Source of the DNA: an uncultured Chthonomonadaceae bacterium
GTDB taxonomy: Bacteria; Armatimonadota; Chthonomonadetes; Chthonomonadales; Chthonomonadaceae
Assembly (NCBI GenBank): GCA_963817895.1
Contig: CAWFQB010000001.1
Coordinates: 448,001 to 512,000 of the forward strand
Reading direction: 5' to 3'
DNA length: 64,000 nt
Shown here: positions 1 to 9,434 of the stretch, piece by piece
How the letters are laid out: each line of letters starts with the position of its first letter
Position numbering within the stretch: the stretch's first letter is position 1
Notes under the pieces: model-generated
What the model saw: only the letters and a program-made list of their open reading frames with translations
Told to the model about the DNA's origin: nothing
Databases searched by the model: none
Position numbers and translations under genes: made by a program

Positions 1-249
1 CGGGCGGGCGGAAGCGTGATCACCAAATCGCTCAAATCTTATCTCAACGCCAGTGTCGCTTATCGTCCGGTACGATGGGCGGCGCTGGTGGCGAGCGCGG
101 ATATTATGCCGTTCGGGATGCCTTATGGCGGCACGTCCCTGTCGGGTTTCAGCGGCTACCTGCTGTATCAGCCCGACACGTTTCAGGCGATACAAAAGGG
201 CGTGATCGCCAATTTCAACTTGCAGCTCCAGATTTCCAACCACTTTTAA
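1..249 (+). CDS. 3' part of a hypothetical protein, possibly outer-membrane beta-barrel (runs off the window start)
   Basis: Frame open from base 1. Ends in an alternating-hydrophobic strand with terminal Phe (FNLQLQISNHF). Confidence 0.5.
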   Translation, partial: RAGGSVITKSLKSYLNASVAYRPVRWAALVASADIMPFGMPYGGTSLSGFSGYLLYQPDTFQAIQKGVIANFNLQLQISNHF

Positions 250-361
250 GCGTCATTTCGCGTCCCTTCAAGGGCAGCCCTGTTACGGCTCACCCTGAGG
301 ACCGCAAAGAAAAGACGGCAACGAAAAGACCACAACGATGATGAGAATGAAGAGGATCACT

Positions 362-1183
362 ATGACCACGACAACAACCAACACGCTGCCGAACACGCTG
401 CGGAAAACTATGCTTGCGCAGGCGGGCGCGCTGCTGCTCGGCGCGGCCTTGCTGACGGGATGCAGTTCCGGTTCCTCCACCACTCCCACGTCCGGCCCGT
501 CCAACAGCGTGACCGGCAAGACCACGCAATCCTCGGCAACCGCAACGTCGCTTGTCACGGTTCCGCAGGCGGGCGGAACCACGCAGACCCTTACCGTGAG
601 CGGGCAGCAGATTACCGCTGTCGTGCCGAGTGGCGCCGCCGATGTCAGCGTGGGAGCGCCGCTCGCGGTTGTGCAGCGCGGTTCCGCGCCCCTGAGCGGC
701 TCGTACCCGCCGGGCGCGTCCATTACGGTGAACGGCGTTGCCAATTCCGGCCTGACCATAGATTCCACGGGAGCCATTGCGCAGAACGCCGCCCTGCCCG
801 TTGATCCCACTGTTGGCACGGACTACACCCTCGCCCTGCCTGCCGGCGACCTGCAAACCCGCGCCCTGACCGTGCAAAAGACCAACTTCAGCGGGCGCTA
901 CTATGTGCGCAACGGCGTTCTGGTGTCCCCGTTCCCCATTAGCATCACGGGCAAAATTCCCAACAACGGCGAAAACGCCGCCGGTTCCAAAGTGACGGCC
1001 ACGTTCGGCACGGGCAATAATGGACGCGCCGCGCATCTGACCATTGACTACGGCAATGGCTTCGTGCTGGACCAGACGCAGATTATCGCGTCCAATCAGG
1101 TGACGTTCCAGAACTTCAGCCCGGACGCCTCCAATGTGCCTGCCGGGGGCGTCGCCTCGCTGACCTTCGCGGTGGGCAACTAA
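362..1183 (+). CDS. Lipoprotein, hypothetical
   Basis: GAGGA RBS before ATG 362, lipobox LLTG-C, Ser/Thr linker, beta-rich domain. Confidence 0.8.
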   Translation: MTTTTTNTLPNTLRKTMLAQAGALLLGAALLTGCSSGSSTTPTSGPSNSVTGKTTQSSATATSLVTVPQAGGTTQTLTVSGQQITAVVPSGAADVSVGAPLAVVQRGSAPLSGSYPPGASITVNGVANSGLTIDSTGAIAQNAALPVDPTVGTDYTLALPAGDLQTRALTVQKTNFSGRYYVRNGVLVSPFPISITGKIPNNGENAAGSKVTATFGTGNNGRAAHLTIDYGNGFVLDQTQIIASNQVTFQNFSPDASNVPAGGVASLTFAVGN

Positions 1184-1339
1184 CCCCGTCCGAACAACGG
1201 CTTCCCTGCTGAATGATTACATCTGGCAGGGAAGCCGTTGCTATGTTACTCTCCAGTTTCCCCCATAACAAATGCCTGCCTGTACTGTCGCGCATCGTTT
1301 TGAACGCGCGCTGTGAGGCGTATGCGTTTCGCTTCTGTT

Positions 1340-1393
1340 TTACCTGTCTGCTTGCTTTGCCTGTTTGCGATAGTCGCGCGCGGAAATTACTTG
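1340..1393. repeat. Left copy of a 54-bp direct repeat (duplicate of the MFS gene 3' end, att-like)
   Basis: 46/54 identical to 4849-4902. On the minus strand it reads QVISARDYRKQAKQADR* versus QLISMRDYRKQAKQAGK*. Confidence 0.85.
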
Positions 1394-1419
1394 ACACGAT
1401 TCAATGGATATGCTATGCT
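1391..1419 (+). promoter_or_regulatory. Sigma70 promoter for the MTase-HNH genes
   Basis: TTGACA-17 bp-TATGCT with extended TGn. Confidence 0.6.
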
Positions 1420-1653
1420 AAATACAATAATTATTCGCCTGCCCGTTGTGCCGATGTAAACAGATTCCCTGTAGACTTATGTAGTGCCAGTGCCTCCCCT
1501 TTCACGCATGACGGCGTATGTCTCAGAAAATATTATAGACTATTCCGCTTTACCTGCTACCCTCAATATGGGTAGCAGGTCTTGATTCTTAGCCACTAAA
1601 TTCGCGCCGTTTTTATTATGCGCCAACCGATAGCGGATGCAGGCAAACACAAG

Positions 1654-4277
1654 ATGAGTAGAGCAGAAGAAGATCAAATCTTGCTTGGTGAAGTACGCAA
1701 CGCCTTCAGTGACATAGGCTATGCTGAAGACTTGATGCGCGATGATTACCCGTTTGCCCGTTACTCCTCCGCTTCTCCTGTATCTCCCGCCATTGTTGAA
1801 CAAATAGACCTTGCCACCTTTGCGCAATCGCAGGTTTCGCTTCGCAGCGCGTGTTTTGGCGTTGCCTTCGCCGAGCGGAATGATGCTGATTCTGTCCAAA
1901 AATATCGAGAGTTGGGCGCGGCTCAGATTTTAACGCTGCATCGGCGCGAGAATGTGTTCCGCCGTTGGTTGCTGCGAAGCAATGCTGCGCCTGACCTGAA
2001 GGACACGCAACCCCTAGACAACATTGGAACGATTATACGCGAGAATCAGGCTGGCTGGAACCCACAAAGCGTACTCCGCGCCAAGACCCTTGCGTTCGCC
2101 TCGCCGCTTATTCAACCAGAACTTCGCCGATGCGGGGCTGATTACCGCGCTCGAATCCGAACTGCGCCCTAAACTTTCCCGCTTGCTGCAAGACGCCCTT
2201 ACACTTGGGCAAGCCACCTATCAAAAATATCGAATTGAGGAAATGCCTGCGGCGGCGACAGCGGCTTTGTATCGTTTGGTCTTTCGACTGTTAGCGGCTA
2301 AATTGCAGATAGACAGGAGAGATAGACCAGAATGGGCGGCTCTGGATGTGAAGGACTTGTTGCGCGAAGTGGAAACAGTATACCCGGACTTAGCGAACCC
2401 GCAGGCTGTTCTACAAGACCAACACGTACAACAAGCTGTTTGGCACACCTTCAAAGAGGGATTGCGTCTTCAAAACCTCTCGATAGAAACGTTGGCTTAT
2501 GTTTATGAGCATACGCTTGTCCCGCCTCATGTACGGACGCGGCAGGCCATTCACGCCACGCCTCCCGAAGTTGCAGAGTTCATGGTACGCCATCTTCCAC
2601 TGGAAAGATTGCAGGAAAATGAGCAGCGTATCTTTGAGCCGTTTTGCGGGCATGCGCCCTTTCTCATTGCCGCAATGGGGCGTCTGCGTGAATTGCCCCT
2701 TTCATTTCAGACCTCTTCGCAGTGGCACGAGCATTTCAAGAGTATGCTTTCCGGCATAGAACAAGAAACCCTTGCCCGCGAAATCGCCGTTCAATCACTG
2801 ATTTTAGCCGACTATTCCAACCCGAACGGCTGGAAGGTATTCGAGGCAGACGTTTTTCACGATGCAGGTTTTGACGAACAGTTAAATAGCGCAAGCGCCG
2901 TCTTCTGCAATCCGCCTTATGGAACATGGGCTACGCTGAAACGTTCGCGCCCCTCGGATGAAGCGCTCGACTATGCAGAAGCAGAAGCATTGCGTCGAAC
3001 GCTTCAATATCCACCCAAGATGCTTGGCTTTGTTGTGCCTCGAACTCTTCTGGAGCGTAAAGAGACGTTAGAACTGCGTAGAACGTTAGCGCAAAATTAT
3101 AGCGATATTTCTATCATCGCCTTACCCAACACCATATTTAATATTTCTCGCGCTACTGTGGTTCTATTACTCGCGCACAATTTGAATGCGCCGACGAAAC
3201 ATTATTTGTTTGGTCGGGTTGATAGCGCGGGAAAAGACGTTTTTCTGCAATCCGGCACACTCACAGAGACGTATGAGACAGACACGTTGCAGCCCGGAAA
3301 TAGCGCAGAATACGTTTTGTGGCAAACACCCCGTCAACCTGTGTGGAACGCGCTCACCACATTCACTACACTTTCCACAGTAGCAGAACTGAAAGATGGC
3401 ATACGTTACAACCGTGATCCCAAGTCGCATATCTCCAAAACGTCGTTGCTAAATCATGAAGCCGGTGTTCCTAAAGTAAAGAAGTTTGTGGAGCCTTATA
3501 CTGTGCAGGATACGAGGTATCTGTCGACCGACACTGCGGAAATAACAGGAGAGCCGCTTAAGCTTCACTGGGATACTCCGAAGGTTCTGCTGAACAGGGC
3601 GCGTGTGAGCATAGACATTTGGTGTCTGGCAGCCGTAGGTGAGACAACAGGATTATACGCAACGCGCCAGTTTTATGGTGTTTGGCCCAAGACCGATATG
3701 TCTGTTGCTGTTCTGGCGGCGGTTCTCAACGGCCCTGTTGCCAGCGCGTTTGTCTTTGACTATCGCGCTGGCATAGATAACTATCCCGCATTGCTGAATC
3801 GAATACCAATTCCCGATTTCACACCGGAACAAACGGATTTGATTATTTCCCTTGTAGACGATTATTGCTCGTGCCGTGAGTGGCTGCGACAGGAACCAGA
3901 ACGGTCAGCGAGGTTGACTTCTCGTTGCCGCGATTTGCTGCTGCAAATTGACGCCGCTGTACTGGAAGCATATGGACTAACTGCCGAACAGGAAGATACA
4001 TTGCTTCAAGCGTTTGACGGAGTGCGTCGTCCTCTTTTACCATTTCATTTCAAAGGCTATGGGGAAGATTTTGTGAGGGCGAAGCAGGCAGTTGCCGCCA
4101 GAACGTCATTGGAACACGCTTATCACACGTTATCACGCTCTGGTAGACAAAGAGTTTGAAAATGGATTAACGCCCGAAGAAGAAGCGGAGCAGGAGCGGC
4201 TTTCGGATGAAATTGACGCGCAGGAAGCGATGGACAACGAGACAATTCTGGCGCGTGTGCCGACAGGATTGAAATAG
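1654..4277 (+). CDS. N6-adenine DNA methyltransferase with TRD-like C-terminal region (type IIG/I-like), split by two frameshifts (~2120, ~4115)
   Basis: Motif I IFEPFCGHAPFL and motif IV FCNPPY. ORFs 1618-2172, 2024-4159 and 4092-4277 overlap and join as one protein. Confidence 0.8.
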
Positions 4278-4284
4278 TGGAAAG

Positions 4285-4782
4285 GTGACTGTTCCGGTGT
4301 CCCGATTTCAGCGTACAACTCCTGCTCCCCTGCTTCCCGCTGGAAAAGATTATGCCTTTTTCCGTCCCGAAGTCCGCGCAGACTTCGAACGATGTTGCGC
4401 CCACTGCTTGCGCCATGAAGATTGGGGTGGCACGACAGAACATTATGAGTTAGATCACTTCCGACCCCAAAAACCTTTTGACAACCTTATAAACGACTTC
4501 CTCAATCTGTATTACGCATGTCACCGCTGCAATCAGCGTAAATCTAACACTTGGCCCAGGGAGCAAGAACAGCGTACTGGCAAATACATCGTAGATTTAT
4601 GTCGTGATGATTTCAACACACACTACAATTTCTTACCTGATGGCACTCTGGAACTGCTCACAGAAGCAGCAAAGTACACTGAAAAGAAGTTAAAACTCAA
4701 CAGCCCTGAACTTGTGCGACAACGCGCCAACATCTTGAGAGAAGGTTATGAAATTGACAAACCTTTCTGGCCCACAGAATAA
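4285..4782 (+). CDS. HNH endonuclease
   Basis: CAHC...ELDHFRP...NLYYACHRCNQRKS. Starts 7 nt after the MTase stop. Confidence 0.9.
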   Translation: MTVPVSRFQRTTPAPLLPAGKDYAFFRPEVRADFERCCAHCLRHEDWGGTTEHYELDHFRPQKPFDNLINDFLNLYYACHRCNQRKSNTWPREQEQRTGKYIVDLCRDDFNTHYNFLPDGTLELLTEAAKYTEKKLKLNSPELVRQRANILREGYEIDKPFWPTE

Positions 4783-4848
4783 GTCACATGACAACGAAAC
4801 TGAACTATTTATGCAGGTTCAGTACAGAGGCTGCAAGCGTTGTGAAGA

Positions 4849-4902
4849 CTACTTGCCTGCTTGCTTTGCCTGTTTGCGGTAGTCGCGCATGGAAATCAGT
4901 TG
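4849..4902. repeat. Right copy of the 54-bp direct repeat (actual MFS 3' end)
   Basis: Matches 1340-1393. Confidence 0.85.
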
Positions 4903-6150
4903 GAGGTACGCGCCCACCACCATAATCAGGAAGGACAACAGGAAGGTATTTTGCGCGCCCTCGCGACGCAGCAGGGGTATGGCGAACTGGGGGGCGATGG
5001 TTCCCCGGATGCCGAAGAAACTGGAATGGAGCGCCTGATACTGCGCCGCTTTGCCGGGTTCCGCGAACATCAGCGTAGTGTTCAGATACCCTAAATCTAT
5101 GCCGGACATGCACAGCCCGCTCGCGATTGCCGCCAGATACAGCGCGGACATGCCCCACGCGCCCGCGTACAGCAGAGGAATTAGCAGATTGATGCTGATG
5201 GCGGCCAGCACGGTTGCCAGCGACCCTTTGCGATCCAGAAACGTTCCCCAGAACACATACCCTACAATCGTCATAATGGACGCGATGTTTTGCAGGTTGG
5301 CGACCTGCGTGTTCGTGACGTGAAACGTGTCCACCTGCTGAATGGGTATCAGCGTCGCGGAAATGAGATTCCCAAAGCCCGAAATAAATACCGAGGCCGT
5401 GAACCAGCGAAAGCCGGGATTGCGCTTGAGAATATGTATCGTATCGCGGACAAACGCGCCTGCCGTAGCCGGGTTGTCTTCAACGGCTACGGCTTGCAGG
5501 CGAATCCGGCTGAACGTGTACGCGCTCAACACGCCGAACGCGCCCCCGATGCAAAAACCGGTTCGCCAGTTAATGCCGTGATCCAGCAGCCGCCCCATGA
5601 CCAGCGCGGTCAGCAGCGTTGTCAGGCTCATGCCCATGCGGACAATGCTCATCAAACGTCCCCGGTGCGCGTCGGGATAAATCTCCTTCATAATCGCTGT
5701 GTACGCGGGCGTGGAAATGGAAAACACGAGCGGCGTGACGCAGACCAGCATCACATACTGTTCGCGGGTATGCAAAAATGGCGCGAGCAGAAACAGGCCG
5801 CGCGCGATGAGCCATGTCCACGTCACGAAGGGCATCTTGGAGCGGCCCTCCATCTGCCGCGCCCACAGCGTGGCGAAGATGTAGCCCAGCGCGGGCGCAG
5901 CCGTAATCCAGCCCATCTGCCCCCGCGTGGCATGGAGTTCCGCGCGGGCGATGCGCAGCACGAACGTCCAGATGCAGCCCTGATAAATGCCCGCGCATAG
6001 CCCGGTCGCCATGTCCCATTGCCAGGCAACGCGGGTTTGGGCAGGCAGGGTGAGCAGAAAATGGCGAACGCGGACGATAAAATTAGCGATCACAATGGTA
6101 AGTCTCGTAGCGGAAGTGGAGCAGGGAGATATAGTTTGAGCGCGCGACAT
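4849..6150 (-). CDS. MFS transporter
   Basis: About 12 hydrophobic segments, with MFS-like loop motifs (EIYPDAHRGRLMS, GTFLDRKG). Confidence 0.85.
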   Translation of the reverse strand: MSRAQTISPCSTSATRLTIVIANFIVRVRHFLLTLPAQTRVAWQWDMATGLCAGIYQGCIWTFVLRIARAELHATRGQMGWITAAPALGYIFATLWARQMEGRSKMPFVTWTWLIARGLFLLAPFLHTREQYVMLVCVTPLVFSISTPAYTAIMKEIYPDAHRGRLMSIVRMGMSLTTLLTALVMGRLLDHGINWRTGFCIGGAFGVLSAYTFSRIRLQAVAVEDNPATAGAFVRDTIHILKRNPGFRWFTASVFISGFGNLISATLIPIQQVDTFHVTNTQVANLQNIASIMTIVGYVFWGTFLDRKGSLATVLAAISINLLIPLLYAGAWGMSALYLAAIASGLCMSGIDLGYLNTTLMFAEPGKAAQYQALHSSFFGIRGTIAPQFAIPLLRREGAQNTFLLSFLIMVVGAYLQLISMRDYRKQAKQAGK

Positions 6151-6259
6151 TCAAATCAGCGCTATGTTCAAAGTATACCCTACGTGGTAGGTCGGCGCGG
6201 ATGGCGAGCCACTTTTCCGGCAAGAAAACGCTCCACATCCCACTGCGGCGGAACGGAAC

Positions 6260-7054
6260 CTACAAATCCTCATACACGATTTCGATACGGCGGTTTTGCG
6301 CCTTGTCATTGCCCTGCGCGGGAACGCTGTCCGCATAGCCAATCGCTTCGATCAGCACATGGCCTCGTCCCGAACCGATAAAAACGCCCCTCTTGTTCAG
6401 TTCTATCTTAATTTGCTTGGCGAGCCAACAGGCGCGGGCGGCGGAAAGCTCCCAGTTGGAATCGAACTTGTATGTATGCACAGTATCGCTGTCCGTATGC
6501 CCCTCCACGCGGATACGGTTGAAAACAATTACTTTTTTCTTATCGTCATAGCATTTAGAACATATATCTTTCGCTATCGCCTCGCCCTGCGATTTATTTA
6601 TCGGCTCCTCGGCCCCCGTATTAAAGTGCAGTTCTTTTTCGCCGATTGTGCGCCGTATTTGCGGATTTAGCAGGCGATCTTGTACGTAAGACCCGAGATC
6701 GTCCCACATCTTACTGCGGTGCTGTTCCAGCATCTGCTTGAATTCTTCTGTAACCGGTCCATCGTTGTTTTTCACCAACCGGCAAACGTCGGCAAGCGGC
6801 AGGTCATCGTCGGGAGGCAGTTGGTTCACGCTGTCATACACGCGCGCGTGTTCGCCACCCGGTTTCTGGCGGATTTGCAGATTGTGCAGCATCAGCAATT
6901 CGTTGCGGCGGCGCGTCATATCATAATCGGCGCGGGCGTGGGGCTGACGCAGGGCAAACGCGGCCAGCAGCAGCAATACGAGCGCGAGCATGAGATCGAA
7001 CATGCTGCGGAACGGATGGCTCCCTGTTTCGGCGGAATGGCGTCCACGCCTCAT
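6260..7054 (-). CDS. MotB/ZorB-like protein (single TM with Asp, OmpA-like peptidoglycan-binding domain)
   Basis: SMFDLMLALVLLLL TM; IRVEGHTDS..NWELSAARA..IGYADSVP..NRRIEI. GGAGG RBS before ATG 7054. Confidence 0.85.
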   Translation of the reverse strand: MRRGRHSAETGSHPFRSMFDLMLALVLLLLAAFALRQPHARADYDMTRRRNELLMLHNLQIRQKPGGEHARVYDSVNQLPPDDDLPLADVCRLVKNNDGPVTEEFKQMLEQHRSKMWDDLGSYVQDRLLNPQIRRTIGEKELHFNTGAEEPINKSQGEAIAKDICSKCYDDKKKVIVFNRIRVEGHTDSDTVHTYKFDSNWELSAARACWLAKQIKIELNKRGVFIGSGRGHVLIEAIGYADSVPAQGNDKAQNRRIEIVYEDL

Positions 7055-7103
7055 GGCAGATTTCCTCCCTGAAAACGATGCGAAAAACGGCGAGGGCAAC
7101 GAA

Positions 7104-9434
7104 TCAAATCGGTTTGCGCGTTGGTTTGCTTTCCATCGAGCGCGGCAGCGACTCTGTTAATGTCATGCCGGTTTCCGCGCTTCCATCAGCAGGGGTAGAA
7201 CTGCTGACAAGTGTGGGAACGCGCATGGCGACGACGGCAAACGCCTGCGCCGCCTGGTCCATGCTTGTGACGGCCCCGCCGACAGCCTGCGTCAGCGTTT
7301 GCAGATCGCGGGCCGCTTCCTGTGTCAGCGCTTGCAGATTTTGCGCGGCCTCCTGAGAATGTTTTTGCGCGGCTTCCTGAGCGACGGATTGCTGCTGCGC
7401 CCTGACCTGCATCGTCTGTGCGCTTGCTTCTGCCAGGCGCGCGTTTTCCTGCGCTGTCCGCGCGCTGTTCAGCACAAAAGCCGCCGAGTCGCTCAACGAG
7501 TTCAGCAGGGCGGGGATGGCGCGGCAGGCGTCCGCTACATCGCGCAGGGGCGGCCCGTTATCCGCCAGAGTTTCGCGAGTGGTAGCCAATTGTGAGGGCA
7601 GGACGGACAACGCGCCATGCAGTTCCTGTGTAACCGCATGAAGGCGCAGGAGCGTTTGGGATAGAGGATCGAACGCGGCGGCAAGCGCGGCGTAGCCCCG
7701 GCTCGCGTCACGAGCTGTAGTCTCGAAGGACTCGCGCGTATTTTCCAGCATCCGCGCCGCTTCCGATTGCCAGCGCGCCAGCAGCGTGGTTTGCGCGGCC
7801 TGCCCGTCCGTTACAACCTGCTCCAATCGGCCCTGTATGCTCAGGGCGACCTCCTGCCATTTCTTGTACTCCTGCAATTGCCGATCCGTAGCGCCGCTGA
7901 TCTGCTCGATGACGTGCGCCAATTTCCCCGCTTCGACGCGAACCTCCGTAACCAGCGCGACGGTTTCCGCTAATCCATCTCGAACGCCGTTGCGTATCGC
8001 GTCCGGCAGGCGGCTTTCCACCCCATCCAACACAGACGCGATACGCGCCTCCATGCCTGCGAGATGGGCGGCGGCTATACCATCAAGCGCAGCCAGAGCG
8101 GCTTCGGTCAGGCGGCGATGCGTGGCTTCCTGCTCGGCCTGCGCCTGCGCGTACTGCGTCCGCAAATGCTCCAGCATGGCCGTCAATGCCCGCGAATGCA
8201 TCTCCAGCAGTTGGCGCGTAAAGTCCTGAGTCTCCTGCGCCGCGTCGCGGTTGACCTTTCGCGCCGCCTCGAAAAAGTCTTCCAGAGAGTCTCTGTATTG
8301 CGTGAACTGGTCGCCCAGCCGCTTCTCATGCTCCTGCCGCGCTTTCACTTCCGCCTGCAAGAACTCCACATGCGCTTGTTTCAGGCCGGACGCGGTTTCG
8401 GCCCAGGCGCCGCTGTGCCGCGCCAGTTTGCCCGCGTGTTTCGCCAGTTGCTCCGCGTGTTTGGCAATCTGCTCTACCGGCTGCTGCACCTGCTCCGTCA
8501 GAATGGTTTTTATATTCTCCGCATAAACCTTAAGCAGCGCGTCAAATTGTCTGTTTTGCGCGGCAAGAGTTTCCTGAGTGGACCGATATTGCCCGATAAG
8601 CGCTTGCTGCATTTTCGCGTTCTGTTTATCAAGGATATCCTGTGTTTCCTTATTCTGTTCATCCAGAATCGCCTGCGTTTCCTTATTCTGCGTTTCAAGA
8701 GTGTTTTTGGTTGCTTCGGCCAGGCGGTCTTCCGGGCTGATCGCGTTGCGGTGGATGTTTGCCAGCAGCGAGTCTGCAAGCGTATCATCCACCTTTTGCG
8801 CAAGGTCATCCTGCTCATCTTGTAGGGCGCGATGGCAGAGCCGTAATCCGATATTGGCAATAACAGCGGCAAGCCCACTCGTCATGCCCGGGCCGGCATG
8901 CGTCAGGAGGGTGTTTGCGTCCAATCCCTGCGCCCGTGTCTGCGCCAGCGTGACCAGAATGGAAACAAACGTGCCCGCAATGCCGATGTTAAGTGCAATG
9001 TCCATGTACATGCGCAGTTCGCGCTCCGGCCCGGACAATCTGCGCTCTTCGCCGTCAGCCATGTCCGAGGAGGCGGGCAGCGCGCCCCGTCGCAACGCGG
9101 GGAGCATATCCCGAATGCGCCGGTTCAACAGCGGCGTTGTCCGTAAATCGGGCAGGCTGATTGCGCCGTTCGCGTTGAAGCGCTCTGCCATTTGTTCCAG
9201 GCCGGATTGGGTTTGTTCTAAATTCGCTTCTTCGCTGTTGTACTGTGACAGAAAAATCCAGGTTCGGACGAAACCAACCAGCCATATCAAAAAGACGCCT
9301 ACCGCAAATCCCAGCGCCAGTACCGGTTTCGGTTCTGCCACTTGTTGGTAGACGTAACCAATAGCGACAGGAACCGTTATTCCAGTCACAATGGAGAACA
9401 ACAAAGGCAATGCGGCGCGTTTGAAGACAGCCAT
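7104..9434 (-). CDS. MotA/TolQ/ExbB-type (ZorA-like) membrane protein with long coiled-coil tail
   Basis: Two N-terminal TMs, then IGIAGTFVSIL and GMTSGLAAVIA channel helices, then ~570 aa Ala/Gln/Glu/Leu-rich helical tail. Directly upstream of the MotB-like gene. Confidence 0.8.
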   Translation of the reverse strand: MAVFKRAALPLLFSIVTGITVPVAIGYVYQQVAEPKPVLALGFAVGVFLIWLVGFVRTWIFLSQYNSEEANLEQTQSGLEQMAERFNANGAISLPDLRTTPLLNRRIRDMLPALRRGALPASSDMADGEERRLSGPERELRMYMDIALNIGIAGTFVSILVTLAQTRAQGLDANTLLTHAGPGMTSGLAAVIANIGLRLCHRALQDEQDDLAQKVDDTLADSLLANIHRNAISPEDRLAEATKNTLETQNKETQAILDEQNKETQDILDKQNAKMQQALIGQYRSTQETLAAQNRQFDALLKVYAENIKTILTEQVQQPVEQIAKHAEQLAKHAGKLARHSGAWAETASGLKQAHVEFLQAEVKARQEHEKRLGDQFTQYRDSLEDFFEAARKVNRDAAQETQDFTRQLLEMHSRALTAMLEHLRTQYAQAQAEQEATHRRLTEAALAALDGIAAAHLAGMEARIASVLDGVESRLPDAIRNGVRDGLAETVALVTEVRVEAGKLAHVIEQISGATDRQLQEYKKWQEVALSIQGRLEQVVTDGQAAQTTLLARWQSEAARMLENTRESFETTARDASRGYAALAAAFDPLSQTLLRLHAVTQELHGALSVLPSQLATTRETLADNGPPLRDVADACRAIPALLNSLSDSAAFVLNSARTAQENARLAEASAQTMQVRAQQQSVAQEAAQKHSQEAAQNLQALTQEAARDLQTLTQAVGGAVTSMDQAAQAFAVVAMRVPTLVSSSTPADGSAETGMTLTESLPRSMESKPTRKPI

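Noticed and set aside
6260..9434. Canonical Zorya system or flagellar motAB
   Set aside because: No zorC/D/E/F/G or flagellar genes are adjacent, and the A subunit's long tail is unlike MotA. Reported as ZorAB-like only.
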